This document shows positions 37,339-47,555 of a stretch of DNA of 64,000 bases, piece after piece. Position 1 is the stretch's first letter; each line of letters starts with the position of its first letter. A program made the position numbers and the translations under genes. The notes below the pieces were generated by a model, which saw only the letters and a list, made by a program, of their open reading frames with translations, was not told the origin of the DNA and ran no database searches. The DNA comes from an uncultured delta proteobacterium (GTDB lineage: Bacteria > Desulfobacterota > Binatia > DP-6): assembly GCA_963815115.1 (NCBI GenBank), contig CAWFFN010000005.1, positions 160,001 through 224,000 on the forward strand, written 5' to 3'.

Positions 37339-38118
37339 ATGGACGGCCGCGAGGTCCTCGCGCTCATGGACCTGAATATGCAGGAGATGTATCGCGAAGA
37401 TGCCCGTACCACGACGGGCGGCTTCGTCGTCGAGCGTGACGGCATGGTGCTGTGCGGATCGCCGCACGGCACCGAGTTCACGAACATGGCGATGGTCGTG
37501 CGCCCGTGTGCAGCGGCTGCCGTACGCAGCGCGCTCGACGAGACCTTCCGTGCCGCCGGCCTGGCCTGCTCCGTGTGGACGCGCGCGCACGCCGACCGCG
37601 CGCTCGAGGACGAGCTGCGTGAGGAAGGGTTCGACGAGCTCCTCACCGTCCCCGCCATGATGCTTCCCAACGACGCGCCCCTCGCGCCGCTGCCCCGCGA
37701 GATCGAGCTGCGTCCCGTCGGCGACGACGCGGCCCGCCGTGCCTATCTCGGCGTGATGGTCCCGGCGTGGGCGGTGTACGGGATCGAGCCGGGGTCGACC
37801 GCCGCGCACTTCCCGGCGATCGACAGCCTGCTCGGTCCGATGAAGACCGCCTTTCTCGCCTACCGCGACGGGGAGCCGGTCGCGGGCGCCATCCTCTACC
37901 TGTCGCACGACGTGGCCGGCATCGGCTGGGTGGGCACGGTGCCGGAGTCGTGCGGACGCGGCTACGGTGCCGCCGTCACGGCGTCGGTCGTGGCGGAGGG
38001 CCGGCGACGCGGAGCCCGCTTCACCAACCTCCAGGCGTCACCGCTGGGCGCGCCGGTCTATCGCCGCATGGGCTTCACGACGCCGACGCACTATCGCGTC
38101 TTCGTGCTCCGCGGCTGA
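37339..38118 (+). CDS. GNAT family acetyltransferase
   Basis: VGTVPESCGRGYG..LQASPLG.PVYRRMGF. Confidence 0.85.
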   Translation: MDGREVLALMDLNMQEMYREDARTTTGGFVVERDGMVLCGSPHGTEFTNMAMVVRPCAAAAVRSALDETFRAAGLACSVWTRAHADRALEDELREEGFDELLTVPAMMLPNDAPLAPLPREIELRPVGDDAARRAYLGVMVPAWAVYGIEPGSTAAHFPAIDSLLGPMKTAFLAYRDGEPVAGAILYLSHDVAGIGWVGTVPESCGRGYGAAVTASVVAEGRRRGARFTNLQASPLGAPVYRRMGFTTPTHYRVFVLRG

Positions 38119-38127
38119 CGCGCGTGC

Positions 38128-39387
38128 GTGGCGCCGCGTGCCCGCATCTTTCACGGGTGGTTGATCGTCGCGACCGCCTTCGTCTGCCACGCCGTCAACG
38201 TCGGTCTCATGTTCTACGCCTGGAGCGTGTTCTTGACGCCGCTGGCGAACGAGTTCGGCGGGCGAGCCGCGGTGGCGCTCGGCTACTCGCTCACGCAGTT
38301 CGCGACCGCGGCCTACGGGCTCGTGGTCGGCCGGCTGGTCGACCGGCGTGGGGCGCGCCCCGTCGAGATCGTCGGCGCGTGGGCCATGGCGATCGGCTTC
38401 CTGCTGGTCTCGCAGGTGCGCTCGCTGCCGGCGCTGTATCTCTGTCTCGCGGGACCGGTGGCGCTCGGCTCGACCTGCATCGGGGCGCTGCCCAACAATG
38501 CGGCGGTGGCGCGCTGGTTCGTGGTGCGGCGCGGGCGGGCACTCGGCATCGCGACGGCGGGCATCTCCGCCGGCGGCATCGTGTTCGCGCCCCTGGCGCA
38601 GTACCTGATCACGCACCTGGGCTGGCGCGAAGCGTACGCCGTCCTGGCCGTTCTCGTCCTCGTCCTGGTGCTGCCCCCGGTGCTCGCGTTCATGCGGCGC
38701 GATCCGGCCGACCTCGGGCTGCTGCCCGATGGCGAGCCGCCCGCGGGTCGCCACCGGACGCAGGCGAGCCTGGCGCTCGTCGAGGAGGAGATGGAGCGCT
38801 CGGTGCGGCCCGACGTGGCGGTGCGGCAGGCGAGCTTCTGGCTGCTCGCGGTCGCCTTCGGGCTCACCATGGCGGGGCTGGCGGGCGTGCTGCTGTATCA
38901 GATCCCGCTGCTCGTCGACCGCGGCATGCCGCCGACGCGCGCGGCGCTGGTGCTCGGCGCCACGGCGGCAATGGGCGTGGTCGGCAAGCTCGGGTTCGGC
39001 GCTCTCCTCGATCGCTTCGACCAGCGCCGCATCGCCGCGGCATGCTTTTGTCTGCAGGCGGTCGGGGTGCTTCTCCTGTGGCAGGGACGCGGCCCGTTGA
39101 TGCTCGTGTGCTACGTCGTCCTCTACGGCTACGCCATGGGCGGCAACGCCACCCTGCAGGCGAGCCTGGTCGCCGAAGCGTTCGGCCGTGCCCACTTCGG
39201 CGCCATCGCGTCGCGGCTCGTGCCCTTCGTCGTCACGGCGCAGGCGCTCGGCGTGCCGGCCACGGGCTATCTCCGCGACGTGACCGGAAGCTTCACGCCG
39301 GCGCTGCTGGCGATCATCGTGGCCGCGCTGGTGGCGGCGGCGGTCGTTCTCCAGGTTCGGCTGCCGCCGAAGCCCGGACGTCGCTGA
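38128..39387 (+). CDS. MFS transporter
   Basis: About 12 TM segments; GRLVDRRG and WF..RRGRALG motifs. Confidence 0.92.
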   Translation: MAPRARIFHGWLIVATAFVCHAVNVGLMFYAWSVFLTPLANEFGGRAAVALGYSLTQFATAAYGLVVGRLVDRRGARPVEIVGAWAMAIGFLLVSQVRSLPALYLCLAGPVALGSTCIGALPNNAAVARWFVVRRGRALGIATAGISAGGIVFAPLAQYLITHLGWREAYAVLAVLVLVLVLPPVLAFMRRDPADLGLLPDGEPPAGRHRTQASLALVEEEMERSVRPDVAVRQASFWLLAVAFGLTMAGLAGVLLYQIPLLVDRGMPPTRAALVLGATAAMGVVGKLGFGALLDRFDQRRIAAACFCLQAVGVLLLWQGRGPLMLVCYVVLYGYAMGGNATLQASLVAEAFGRAHFGAIASRLVPFVVTAQALGVPATGYLRDVTGSFTPALLAIIVAALVAAAVVLQVRLPPKPGRR

Positions 39388-39391
39388 GCCC

Positions 39392-40576
39392 TCAGCGCCG
39401 CCGGTCGGGAGCGCGCGGCGGCGTGCGGCGTGCCAGCAGCAGGTACGAGCCCAGCAGCGCGAGCAGAGCGAGCACCGCGAGCGTGGACCACGGAAAGCGT
39501 GACGCCGGCGCGGGAGCGGCTGCGGCCGGCTCGTGCGTCCGGCGAGAGGCCGTCGCGGCGGGCGAGGACGAAGCCACGGGCGCGGCGACGCCGGGGCGGG
39601 CTCCATCGTCCGCGGGCCGCTCCGGCTCGAGCACGGGCCGGTGGTGGTGGGCCCTGGCGTGCGCCGCCAGGGGTGCCGGCTCGTCGCCGTCGGCGCTCTC
39701 GAGCGCCGCCTGGGCGAGACGCACGCCGTCGCCGTCGAGCAGGTCGGCGACCCGGCGCGACACCGTCCGGATCGGCAGATCGCGATCGCGGCGCATGCCC
39801 TCGCGCAGGACCGCGCGGGGGTCGAGCTCCATGAGTCGCAAGGACACGCGGCCCCGCCCGTGTCCGTCGCCGGCGAGCGCGTGCAGGTCGTCGAGCGCCT
39901 CCGCCTCGCGACCCGCCCCCCGCTTCGCCGTCGCCGCCGCGTACAGCGCGTCGTCGGTGAATCGGCTATCGGGATGCGCGATCGCGAAAGCCATGAAGGT
40001 CTCCGCGGCGCCCTGCACGTCGCCCGCCCAGTAGCGCGCGTAGGCCTCGACGAGCGGCGCTGCCTCGCCCAGCACCGGATCCGTTGCGCTCGCGGCGACG
40101 GTCGCACCTGCCCCCGCCCCGCCCTCCGCCGCGTCGAGCAGCGCGGTCGCGAAATCCGCCGTGGGGCGCTGAGCGACGTCCGCTGCGACCGCGGCCGCCA
40201 GGTGGTCGCGCGCTTCGTCGAACCCGCCACGCCCGAGCGCGCACCAGGCCAGACCGAACTCGGCGGCGCCCGTGAGCTGCGGGCCGGTGCCACGATCGCG
40301 CACGTCGCCGTACCAGGCCGCCGCGGTACGGTAGAGTCCGGCTCGCGAGGCGGCATCGCCGATGAGCAGCTCGTGGATCGGATTCAGCTCGCCGGCCCGT
40401 TCCTGGCGCGCGGCCTCGAGAAGCTGCCGGCCGCTCCCGTTGGGATCGCGCACGTAGTTCGCGATGGCCTGCTCCGTCGCGGGTGACATCGAGGGGGCGG
40501 ATGCCGTGACGGCCCTGCGTGGGTTCGCCGCGACTGCCACCAGGAAGGCAAGTGCGATGGCGGCGGGACGGGACAT
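39392..40576 (-). CDS. Exported TPR/helical-repeat protein with C-terminal membrane anchor
   Basis: Signal-like N-terminus, helical repeats (HPDSRFTDDALY) and a C-terminal TM followed by RR. Confidence 0.65.
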   Translation of the reverse strand: MSRPAAIALAFLVAVAANPRRAVTASAPSMSPATEQAIANYVRDPNGSGRQLLEAARQERAGELNPIHELLIGDAASRAGLYRTAAAWYGDVRDRGTGPQLTGAAEFGLAWCALGRGGFDEARDHLAAAVAADVAQRPTADFATALLDAAEGGAGAGATVAASATDPVLGEAAPLVEAYARYWAGDVQGAAETFMAFAIAHPDSRFTDDALYAAATAKRGAGREAEALDDLHALAGDGHGRGRVSLRLMELDPRAVLREGMRRDRDLPIRTVSRRVADLLDGDGVRLAQAALESADGDEPAPLAAHARAHHHRPVLEPERPADDGARPGVAAPVASSSPAATASRRTHEPAAAAPAPASRFPWSTLAVLALLALLGSYLLLARRTPPRAPDRRR

Positions 40577-40675
40577 CGACGGTCCGTCGAGTCCTACCGT
40601 GGCCCCGGCCGAGGCGCAATGCGATGTTCGTTCATCTTGCAGGTCCGGAGCGCATCGCGTACTCAACGCGCAGCG

Positions 40676-41848
40676 ATGCGGTACGACTTCACCCCGGAGC
40701 AGCTCGCGTGGCGTGATGAGGTGCGTGCGTTCTGCGCGGCGAACGTCACCGAGGCGCTGCGCGCGGAGCTGCGGCAGGCGGGGAACGAGGGTGACGGTCC
40801 GCTCGCGAAGGCGTTCCATCGCCGGCTGTTCGAGCAGGGCTGGTGGGGCGTGGGATGGCCGAAGGACTTCGGCGGCATGGGGAAGGCGGCGGTCGAGCAG
40901 TACATCTTCATCGACGAGATGCAGGCCGCCGGTGCGCCTGCCATGAACCTCTCCGTCACGTCGGTGGCGCCGACGATCCTGCGCGAAGGCAGCGAGGAGC
41001 AGAAGGCCCGCTGGCTGCCGGCGATCCTGCGCGGCGAAGCCGACTTCGCGGTCGCGTACTCGGAGCCGAACGCCGGCACCGACCTGGCGGCGCTCAGCAC
41101 GCGTGCCGAGCTGGACGGTGACGACTGGGTCATCACCGGACAGAAGATCTGGAACACCGGCGCGCACACCGCGACGCACAACTGGGTCGCCGTGCGCACC
41201 GAGCCCGACGCACCGAAGCATCAGGGCATCTCGATGATGATCGTGCCGATGGACGCGCCCGGCATCGAGGTCCAGGGCATCTGGACGATGTCGAACATCC
41301 GCACCAATGCGGTCTTCTTCGACGGCGTGCGCGTGCCGAGGGATCACCTCATCGGCCAGCGCGGCATGGGCTTCTACTACGCCATGATGGCGCTCGACTT
41401 CGAGCGCATCCAGATCGGCTGCGTCGGCATGCTGGCGCGGCTGCTCGGCGAGCTGAAGGACTTCGTGCGCGGCACGGTACGCGACGGGCGGGCGCTCGGC
41501 GCGGTCTCCTGGGTGCGGCGCGCGCTGGCCGATCTCGAGGTGCGCGTCGAGGTGGGACGGCAGATCGGGTTGCTCAACGCCTGGCTCATCGACCAGGGCG
41601 TCGTGCCCACGAAGGAGGGCTCGATGTCCAAGGTGTACGTCAGCGAGCTCAACGCCCACTTCGCCAGCGTCGGGCTCGACATCCTCGGGTTGGCCGGGCA
41701 GCTCGGCCCCGAGGACGAGACGGCGCCGCTGCACGGCCGGCTGCAGTGGCTCTATACCATCGCGCCCATGCAGCGCTTCGGCGGCGGGACCAACGAGGTC
41801 CAGCGCCTCATCATCGCGCAACGCGGGCTCGGTCTGCCGCGCAAGTGA
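40676..41848 (+). CDS. Acyl-CoA dehydrogenase
   Basis: YSEPNAGTDL, GQKIW and GGGTNEVQR motifs. Confidence 0.95.
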   Translation: MRYDFTPEQLAWRDEVRAFCAANVTEALRAELRQAGNEGDGPLAKAFHRRLFEQGWWGVGWPKDFGGMGKAAVEQYIFIDEMQAAGAPAMNLSVTSVAPTILREGSEEQKARWLPAILRGEADFAVAYSEPNAGTDLAALSTRAELDGDDWVITGQKIWNTGAHTATHNWVAVRTEPDAPKHQGISMMIVPMDAPGIEVQGIWTMSNIRTNAVFFDGVRVPRDHLIGQRGMGFYYAMMALDFERIQIGCVGMLARLLGELKDFVRGTVRDGRALGAVSWVRRALADLEVRVEVGRQIGLLNAWLIDQGVVPTKEGSMSKVYVSELNAHFASVGLDILGLAGQLGPEDETAPLHGRLQWLYTIAPMQRFGGGTNEVQRLIIAQRGLGLPRK

Positions 41849-41853
41849 GCGCC

Positions 41854-42981
41854 ATGGATCTCGCCCCCACCGCCGAGCAGAAGGCCGTCCAGGACGAGGC
41901 GCGCCGGTTTCTCGCCGCCGAGATCACCCGCGAGCGCCGGCTGGCGTGGGACCGCACGCCGGAGGGGCACGACGCCGCGTTCTGGGGGGCCGTCGCACGT
42001 CTCGGCTGGTTCGGCTTCGCCCTGCCGGAAGCGGCGGGTGGCCAGGGGGCGTCGCTCCTCGAGCTCGGGCTGCTGCTGGAGGAATGCGGCCGCGCGGTGG
42101 CGCCGCTCGGGGTGTTCGCCGCCGTCACCGGCGGCCTCGCGCTCGACGCGCTCGGCACGCAGCCGCAACGCCGCGAGTGGCTGCCGTCGCTGGCGCGCGG
42201 CGAGCGCATGGTGAGCCTGGCGGTCGCGGAGCGCGACGCGGTGCGCGAGCCGGCGGCCTTCGCCACGGTGCTCACCCGGCGAGGCGACGCGCTCCGGCTC
42301 GACGGAGAGAAGCGCTTCGTCCTCCAGGGGGTGACCGCCGATGCCTTCCTGGTGGCGGCGCGCGACGGTGAGGGCGTCTCGGTGGTGCTGGTCCCGGCGA
42401 CCGTTGCCGGCGTGCGCGTGACGCCCAGCTCGACCCTCGGCAAGGACCGCCAGAGCACCGTCCATCTCGACGGCGTGTCGCTGCCGTCGACGGCGCTGTG
42501 CGAGCGACCCGGAGAAGCCTGGGCCGGTCTCGATCGGCTGCGGCGCACGCTGGCGGCGCTGCTGTGCGCCGATCTGATCGGCGGGGCCGATGCGGTGCTC
42601 CAGACGACGGTGCGCTACGTCGGCGAGCGCGAGCAGTTCGGTGTCAAGCTCGGCACCTTCCAGGCCGTGCAGCAGATGGTCGCGGTGATGGCGATCGATC
42701 TCGAGGGCGCGCGCCACGTCACCCGGCAGGCCCTATGGCGTCTGGCGGCGGCGCAGCCGGCCGATCGCGAGATCGCCATCGCCAAGGCGTGGACCGCAAG
42801 GGCCTATCGCGACGTCACGTTGCTCGCCCACCAGCTCCACGGCGGAGCCGGCTACGTGGTCGAGCACGAGCTCCACCGACACTCCTTGCGCGCCAAGCAG
42901 GCCGAGCTACTCTTCGGGTCGACGGAGGAATGGCTCGAGGACCTGGCAGATCAGCTCCGGCTCGTGCCCGGCGGGCGCTGA
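41854..42981 (+). CDS. Acyl-CoA dehydrogenase, partner subunit
   Basis: REQFGVKLGTFQAVQ and HQLHGGAGY motifs. Confidence 0.92.
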   Translation: MDLAPTAEQKAVQDEARRFLAAEITRERRLAWDRTPEGHDAAFWGAVARLGWFGFALPEAAGGQGASLLELGLLLEECGRAVAPLGVFAAVTGGLALDALGTQPQRREWLPSLARGERMVSLAVAERDAVREPAAFATVLTRRGDALRLDGEKRFVLQGVTADAFLVAARDGEGVSVVLVPATVAGVRVTPSSTLGKDRQSTVHLDGVSLPSTALCERPGEAWAGLDRLRRTLAALLCADLIGGADAVLQTTVRYVGEREQFGVKLGTFQAVQQMVAVMAIDLEGARHVTRQALWRLAAAQPADREIAIAKAWTARAYRDVTLLAHQLHGGAGYVVEHELHRHSLRAKQAELLFGSTEEWLEDLADQLRLVPGGR

Positions 42982-44705
42982 CCCGGCTGCCGGCGCTGCT
43001 GCTGGCGGCCGCGGCGGGCCAGGCGGCCGCGCTCACGATCGCCCCGGGGTTCACCGCGTCGCCCATCGTCGGCGGGCTCGCGGCTCCCACCGCGGCCGCG
43101 TTCGCACCCGACGGCCGGCTCTTCGTGCTCGAGAAGGGCGGCGGCGTTCGGGCCTGGTCGGCGGCGGCCGGGCTCGCGCCCGCGCCGCTCGCGACCCTGC
43201 CGAGCTGTACGGACTCCGAGATGGGGCTGCTCGGGCTCGCCTTCGACCCCGGGTTCGCACGCAACGGGTTCCTGTATCTGTACCACACGCAGCCGCCCGG
43301 CGGTGACCCGGCGCGGTGCGCGGAAGGCGCGGCAGCGGGCCGGCAGAACCGCGTCGTCCGGGTCACGGTGTCCGGCGACCGCATCGATCTCGGAAGTCTC
43401 GTCGTGCTGCGCGACGGCATTCGCACCGACAACGGCAACCACGACGGCGGCTGTCTCCGCATCGGGCCCGATGGCCTGCTCTATGTCGGCGTGGGCGACA
43501 CCGGTCGCGGCGATGGCGGAAGCCCCGGTGACTCGACGAACCCGTACGCGCGTGATCTCGCCAGCCTCAACGGCAAGATCCTGCGGCTCGCGCTCGACGG
43601 CGCCCCGGCACCCGGGAATCCGTTCCTGGGACGGGGCGGCGCGGCGGACTTCATCTTCGCGTCCGGCCTGCGCAACCCGTTCCGCTTCTCCTTCGATGCC
43701 CGCAGCGGGCTGCTCTGGGTCGGTGACGTGGGCCAGAACACCTTCGAGGAGATCGACGTGGTACACGCCGGCGACGATCTCGGGTGGCCGATGTGCGAGG
43801 GATTCGCGCCGGCTCCGCCATGCCCGGGAGGGACGGTCCCGCCGATCGACGTCTACGCACACACCGACGCCGGCGCCTCGGTGACGGGCGGGGTCTTCTA
43901 CGAGGGCGAGCAGTTCGACCCGGCGTTCCGCGGCGACTACTTCTTCGGTGACTTCGTCTTCGACATCGTGTGGCGTGCGAGAGTCGATGCCGCTCGCACC
44001 GGCTTCGACGGCGAGCCGGACGTCTTCGTGCGCGATGCGGGCGGCCCGGTGGACTTCACCGTGGGACCCGACGGTGCGCTCTACTACGTCGCCTTCAGCC
44101 GCGGGCAGGTCATGCGTATCGTCGAGGACACGGCGGGCGGCGCTCCGACCGCTTGCTCGCTCGCCCTGGCGAAGACTGCGCCCGGGCGCCTGCAGGCTGC
44201 GGGACGCCGGCCGGGCGCCTGCGTGCCCGGCTGTCCGCCGCCGCGGGTGTCCCGTCCGCTGCGGGCCCGGCTGCGCCGCGCGTGTCCGGTAGCGCCCCCG
44301 GGCCTGTGCGAGCGCCTGGGCTGTGCGCCGTGCGCGACGTCCGCCGATCTCGCATCCTGTCTGGGCGCGGCGGCGGCGGGGATCGTCACCGAGGTGGTCC
44401 ACGCGGATGCGCCGCCGGACGACGACCGGTGCTTCCGGGCCGCGAGACGAGCGGGGGTGCGCGCGGCGGCAGGCCGCCTGCGCGCCATCGCCGGCTGCGC
44501 CCGCTCGGGCGGAGGTGCCTGCGTGACGGCGGCGCCGGCCCCTCGCGTCACCGGCCTCGCGCGCGCCTGCCGGACGCCGCCGGCGGCGGCGTGCACGGCG
44601 TTCGCGTGTCTCCCCTGTGCGACCGCTGCCGATCTCGCCTCCTGCGTCGGCCGGGCCACCGTCGCCCCGGTGGACGCGCTCGCCCGCGCCCTGCTCGGCG
44701 GCTGA
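42978..44705 (+). CDS. PQQ-dependent sugar dehydrogenase (GSDH) with Cys-rich C-terminus
   Basis: GLLGLAFDP, NHDGG..GPDG.LY, GKILR, GLRNPFR and DVGQ..EE. Start codon is unclear. Confidence 0.85.
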   Translation: MTRLPALLLAAAAGQAAALTIAPGFTASPIVGGLAAPTAAAFAPDGRLFVLEKGGGVRAWSAAAGLAPAPLATLPSCTDSEMGLLGLAFDPGFARNGFLYLYHTQPPGGDPARCAEGAAAGRQNRVVRVTVSGDRIDLGSLVVLRDGIRTDNGNHDGGCLRIGPDGLLYVGVGDTGRGDGGSPGDSTNPYARDLASLNGKILRLALDGAPAPGNPFLGRGGAADFIFASGLRNPFRFSFDARSGLLWVGDVGQNTFEEIDVVHAGDDLGWPMCEGFAPAPPCPGGTVPPIDVYAHTDAGASVTGGVFYEGEQFDPAFRGDYFFGDFVFDIVWRARVDAARTGFDGEPDVFVRDAGGPVDFTVGPDGALYYVAFSRGQVMRIVEDTAGGAPTACSLALAKTAPGRLQAAGRRPGACVPGCPPPRVSRPLRARLRRACPVAPPGLCERLGCAPCATSADLASCLGAAAAGIVTEVVHADAPPDDDRCFRAARRAGVRAAAGRLRAIAGCARSGGGACVTAAPAPRVTGLARACRTPPAAACTAFACLPCATAADLASCVGRATVAPVDALARALLGG

Positions 44706-44786
44706 ACCGGCGTTGATCGGGATCCTGCGGAGGGTCATGCTGGCGCGAGCGGACGCAGGAGCCCGCGGGACGGCGAGGAGGACACC

Positions 44787-45812
44787 ATGCGCGTCGGAGT
44801 GCTCACGGGTGGCGGCGATTGTCCTGGCTTGAACGCGGTGATTCGCGCCGTCGTGCGCAAGGGCGTGGCACTGTACGGGCACGAGTTCATCGGTTTCCGT
44901 GACGGCTGGCGCGGGCCGCTCGAGGGCGACGGCTTCGCGCTCGACGTGAAGACCGTGCGCGGCATCCTGCCACGCGGCGGGACGATCCTCGGCTCGTCGC
45001 GCACGAATCCGCTGAAGGTCGAGGGCGGTGTCGATCGGATCGAGGAGAACCTGCGCAACTTCAAGGTCAATGCCCTCGTCGCCATCGGCGGCGAGGACAC
45101 GCTGGGCGTCGCGACCGCCCTGCACGAGCACGGCATGCAGGTGGTCGGCGTGCCCAAGACCATCGACAACGACCTCAACGCCACCGACTACACGTTCGGC
45201 TTCGACACCGCGGTCAACATCGCGATGGAAGCGATCGACCGCCTGCACACCACCGCGGAGTCGCACCGCCGCGCGCTCATCGTCGAGGTGATGGGTCGGC
45301 ATGCCGGCTGGATCGCGCTGCACGCCGGCCTTGCCGGCGGGGCGAACGTCATCCTGATCCCGGAGCTTCCCTTCGACGTCGCCAAGGTCTGCGGCTACAT
45401 CGAGAGCCGCTTCAAGACGAGGTACGCGCCCATCATCGTGGCCGCCGAGGGCGCGATGCCCTCGGGAGGCGAGATGGTGCTGAAGGACGCGTCACGCGAC
45501 GCCTTCGGGCACGTCAAGCTCTCCGGTGTGGGAGACTGGCTGGCACGCGAGGTCGAGAAGCGAACGGGCAAGGAAGCGCGCTGCACCGTGCTGGGCCACA
45601 TCCAGCGCGGCGGCACGCCGACGGCGTTCGACCGGGTCCTGGCGACCCGCTTCGGCCTGCACGCGATCGACGCGGTGCACGAGGGCGACTGGGGCAAGAT
45701 GGTGGCGCTCCGCGGCACGGACATCGTCCGCGTGCCGCTCGCGGAGGCCACGCGCGAGCTCAAGACGGTCAACGTCGCGCGCTACGCCGAGGCGGAGGTG
45801 TTCTTCGGGTGA
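44787..45812 (+). CDS. pfkA: 6-phosphofructokinase
   Basis: GGGDCPGLN, GGED, PKTIDND, MGR and GHIQRGG motifs. Confidence 0.96.
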   Translation: MRVGVLTGGGDCPGLNAVIRAVVRKGVALYGHEFIGFRDGWRGPLEGDGFALDVKTVRGILPRGGTILGSSRTNPLKVEGGVDRIEENLRNFKVNALVAIGGEDTLGVATALHEHGMQVVGVPKTIDNDLNATDYTFGFDTAVNIAMEAIDRLHTTAESHRRALIVEVMGRHAGWIALHAGLAGGANVILIPELPFDVAKVCGYIESRFKTRYAPIIVAAEGAMPSGGEMVLKDASRDAFGHVKLSGVGDWLAREVEKRTGKEARCTVLGHIQRGGTPTAFDRVLATRFGLHAIDAVHEGDWGKMVALRGTDIVRVPLAEATRELKTVNVARYAEAEVFFG

Positions 45813-46735
45813 AGGCGATCCGCCTGCACGGGCCGGATGCAGCATCGCTGCGGTACGAGGACGCGGCCCGTCCCAGCCCGGGCGCGGGTGAGGTGCTGAT
45901 CCGCGTCCACGCCGCGGGGGTGACGCCGTCCGAGCTCCAGTGGGCGCCGACCTCGACGATGGCGAACGGCAAGCCACGCCCGCGGCCCGTCATTCCCGGC
46001 CACGAGTTCTCGGGCGTGGTGGCCGGGCTGGGCGCCAGCGTCGACGGGATGGCGGTGGGCGACGAGGTGTACGGCCTGAACGACTGGTATCGCGACGGTG
46101 CACAGGCCGAGTACTGCGTCGCGCGCGCCGCCGAGCTGGCGCTGCGGCCGCGCACCGTCGACCACGCGCACGCCGCCGCGACGCCGATCTCGGGCCTGAC
46201 CGCCTGGCAGGCGTTCTTCGAGCACGCGCACCTCGAGCCCGGCGAGCGCGTCCTGGTCCACGCCGGCGCCGGTGCGGTCGGGACCTTCGCCGTGCAGCTG
46301 GCGCGCTGGCGCGGCGCCCGGGTGATCGCGACCGCGGCGACCGGCAACGTCGAGTTCGTGCGCGAGCTGGGGGCGCAGGAGGTGATCGACTACACGCAGG
46401 TTCGCTTCGAGGACGTCGCGCGCGACCTGGACGTGGTGCTGGACACCGTGGGCGGCGAGACGCTGGAGAGGTCGTGGAACGTGCTCCGCCCGGGCGGGCG
46501 TCTGGTGACGATCGCCGCCGGGAGCGAGGCGACCACCGATCCCCGGGTGCGAGAGGCGTTCTTCATCGTGCGTCCCGACCGGATACAGCTCGCCGAGGTG
46601 GCAAGCCTCATCGACGCCGGCTCGCTGCGGCCGGTCGTCGCCCGCATGTTGCCGCTCGCCGAGGGCCGCTCGGCGTACGGCGGTCATGTGCGCGGCGCCG
46701 GTCGCGGCAAGACGGTCCTCCGGATCGCGGCGTGA
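45809..46735 (+). CDS. NADP-dependent MDR/quinone oxidoreductase
   Basis: GHEFSG, LTAWQ and AGAGAVG motifs; GTGA overlap with pfkA. Confidence 0.9.
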   Translation: MKAIRLHGPDAASLRYEDAARPSPGAGEVLIRVHAAGVTPSELQWAPTSTMANGKPRPRPVIPGHEFSGVVAGLGASVDGMAVGDEVYGLNDWYRDGAQAEYCVARAAELALRPRTVDHAHAAATPISGLTAWQAFFEHAHLEPGERVLVHAGAGAVGTFAVQLARWRGARVIATAATGNVEFVRELGAQEVIDYTQVRFEDVARDLDVVLDTVGGETLERSWNVLRPGGRLVTIAAGSEATTDPRVREAFFIVRPDRIQLAEVASLIDAGSLRPVVARMLPLAEGRSAYGGHVRGAGRGKTVLRIAA

Positions 46736-46807
46736 GCGGCGTTCACTCCCGCCACTCGCGATCTGGTCTGGTGCCGCCTCCGCAAGTCCGCTATCTCGGC
46801 GACTCCC

Positions 46808-47531
46808 GTGACCAAGCCGATGATGATCGCGCTCGGCATCGGCGTCGCCGGCGCGTGCTGCGCCGTGGCGGCGATCGCGAGCACCGGTCCGTCGCGCTTC
46901 GCGTGGGCGTGGACGTCGGGCTCGTGCGCCGTGGCGACGGTGGCCTACGTCGCCAATCGACCGGGCGTGGCTCGGGAAGCATGCCGGAAGGCTGAGACCG
47001 CGTGCGTTCCTCATCCTTCCCTACCTCGTGGCGTTCCGCATCGCCTGCGAGCTGATCCGCTGGTGGCGCGGGCCGGACGCCCCGGCGCTGGTGGCTCCCG
47101 GGCTGTGGGTCGGCGGGCATCTCGAGGCCCGCACGTTTCCGGCCGGCGTGACCCACGTGGTGGATCTGGTCGCCGAGTACCCGGCTGCCGCGTGGGTGCG
47201 CGCCTTGCCGGGCTACCGTGGTCTGCCCATCCTCGACGGAGCCGAGCCGCCGAGCCCCCGGGCGTTCCTGGGTCTCGTACGCGAGCTGCGGGACGTGACC
47301 GGCGGCGTGCTCGTGCACTGCGACTCCGGCCGCGGCCGCGCGCCGACCGTGGCCGCAGCCATCATGATCGCGCGAGGGCTCGCGCCGGACGTCGCCTCGG
47401 CGCTGGCGCTCGTGCGCGGGCGGCGACCGGTGTCGTCGCCGACGCGGGTCGACGTCGCGTTCCTCGAGCGCGTGCTGCCCCGGTTGCTGGGCTTGCAGCG
47501 GAGTGACGGCGCCTTGCGCCGCAGCGGATAG
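46808..47531 (+). CDS. Membrane-anchored dual-specificity phosphatase, frameshifted near 46964
   Basis: N-terminal TMs; removing one G gives PAWLGKHAG..LPYL, which continues into HCDSGRGRA (CX5R). Confidence 0.78.
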
Positions 47532-47555
47532 GGCGTCGATCGCCCGGGAGGACTG

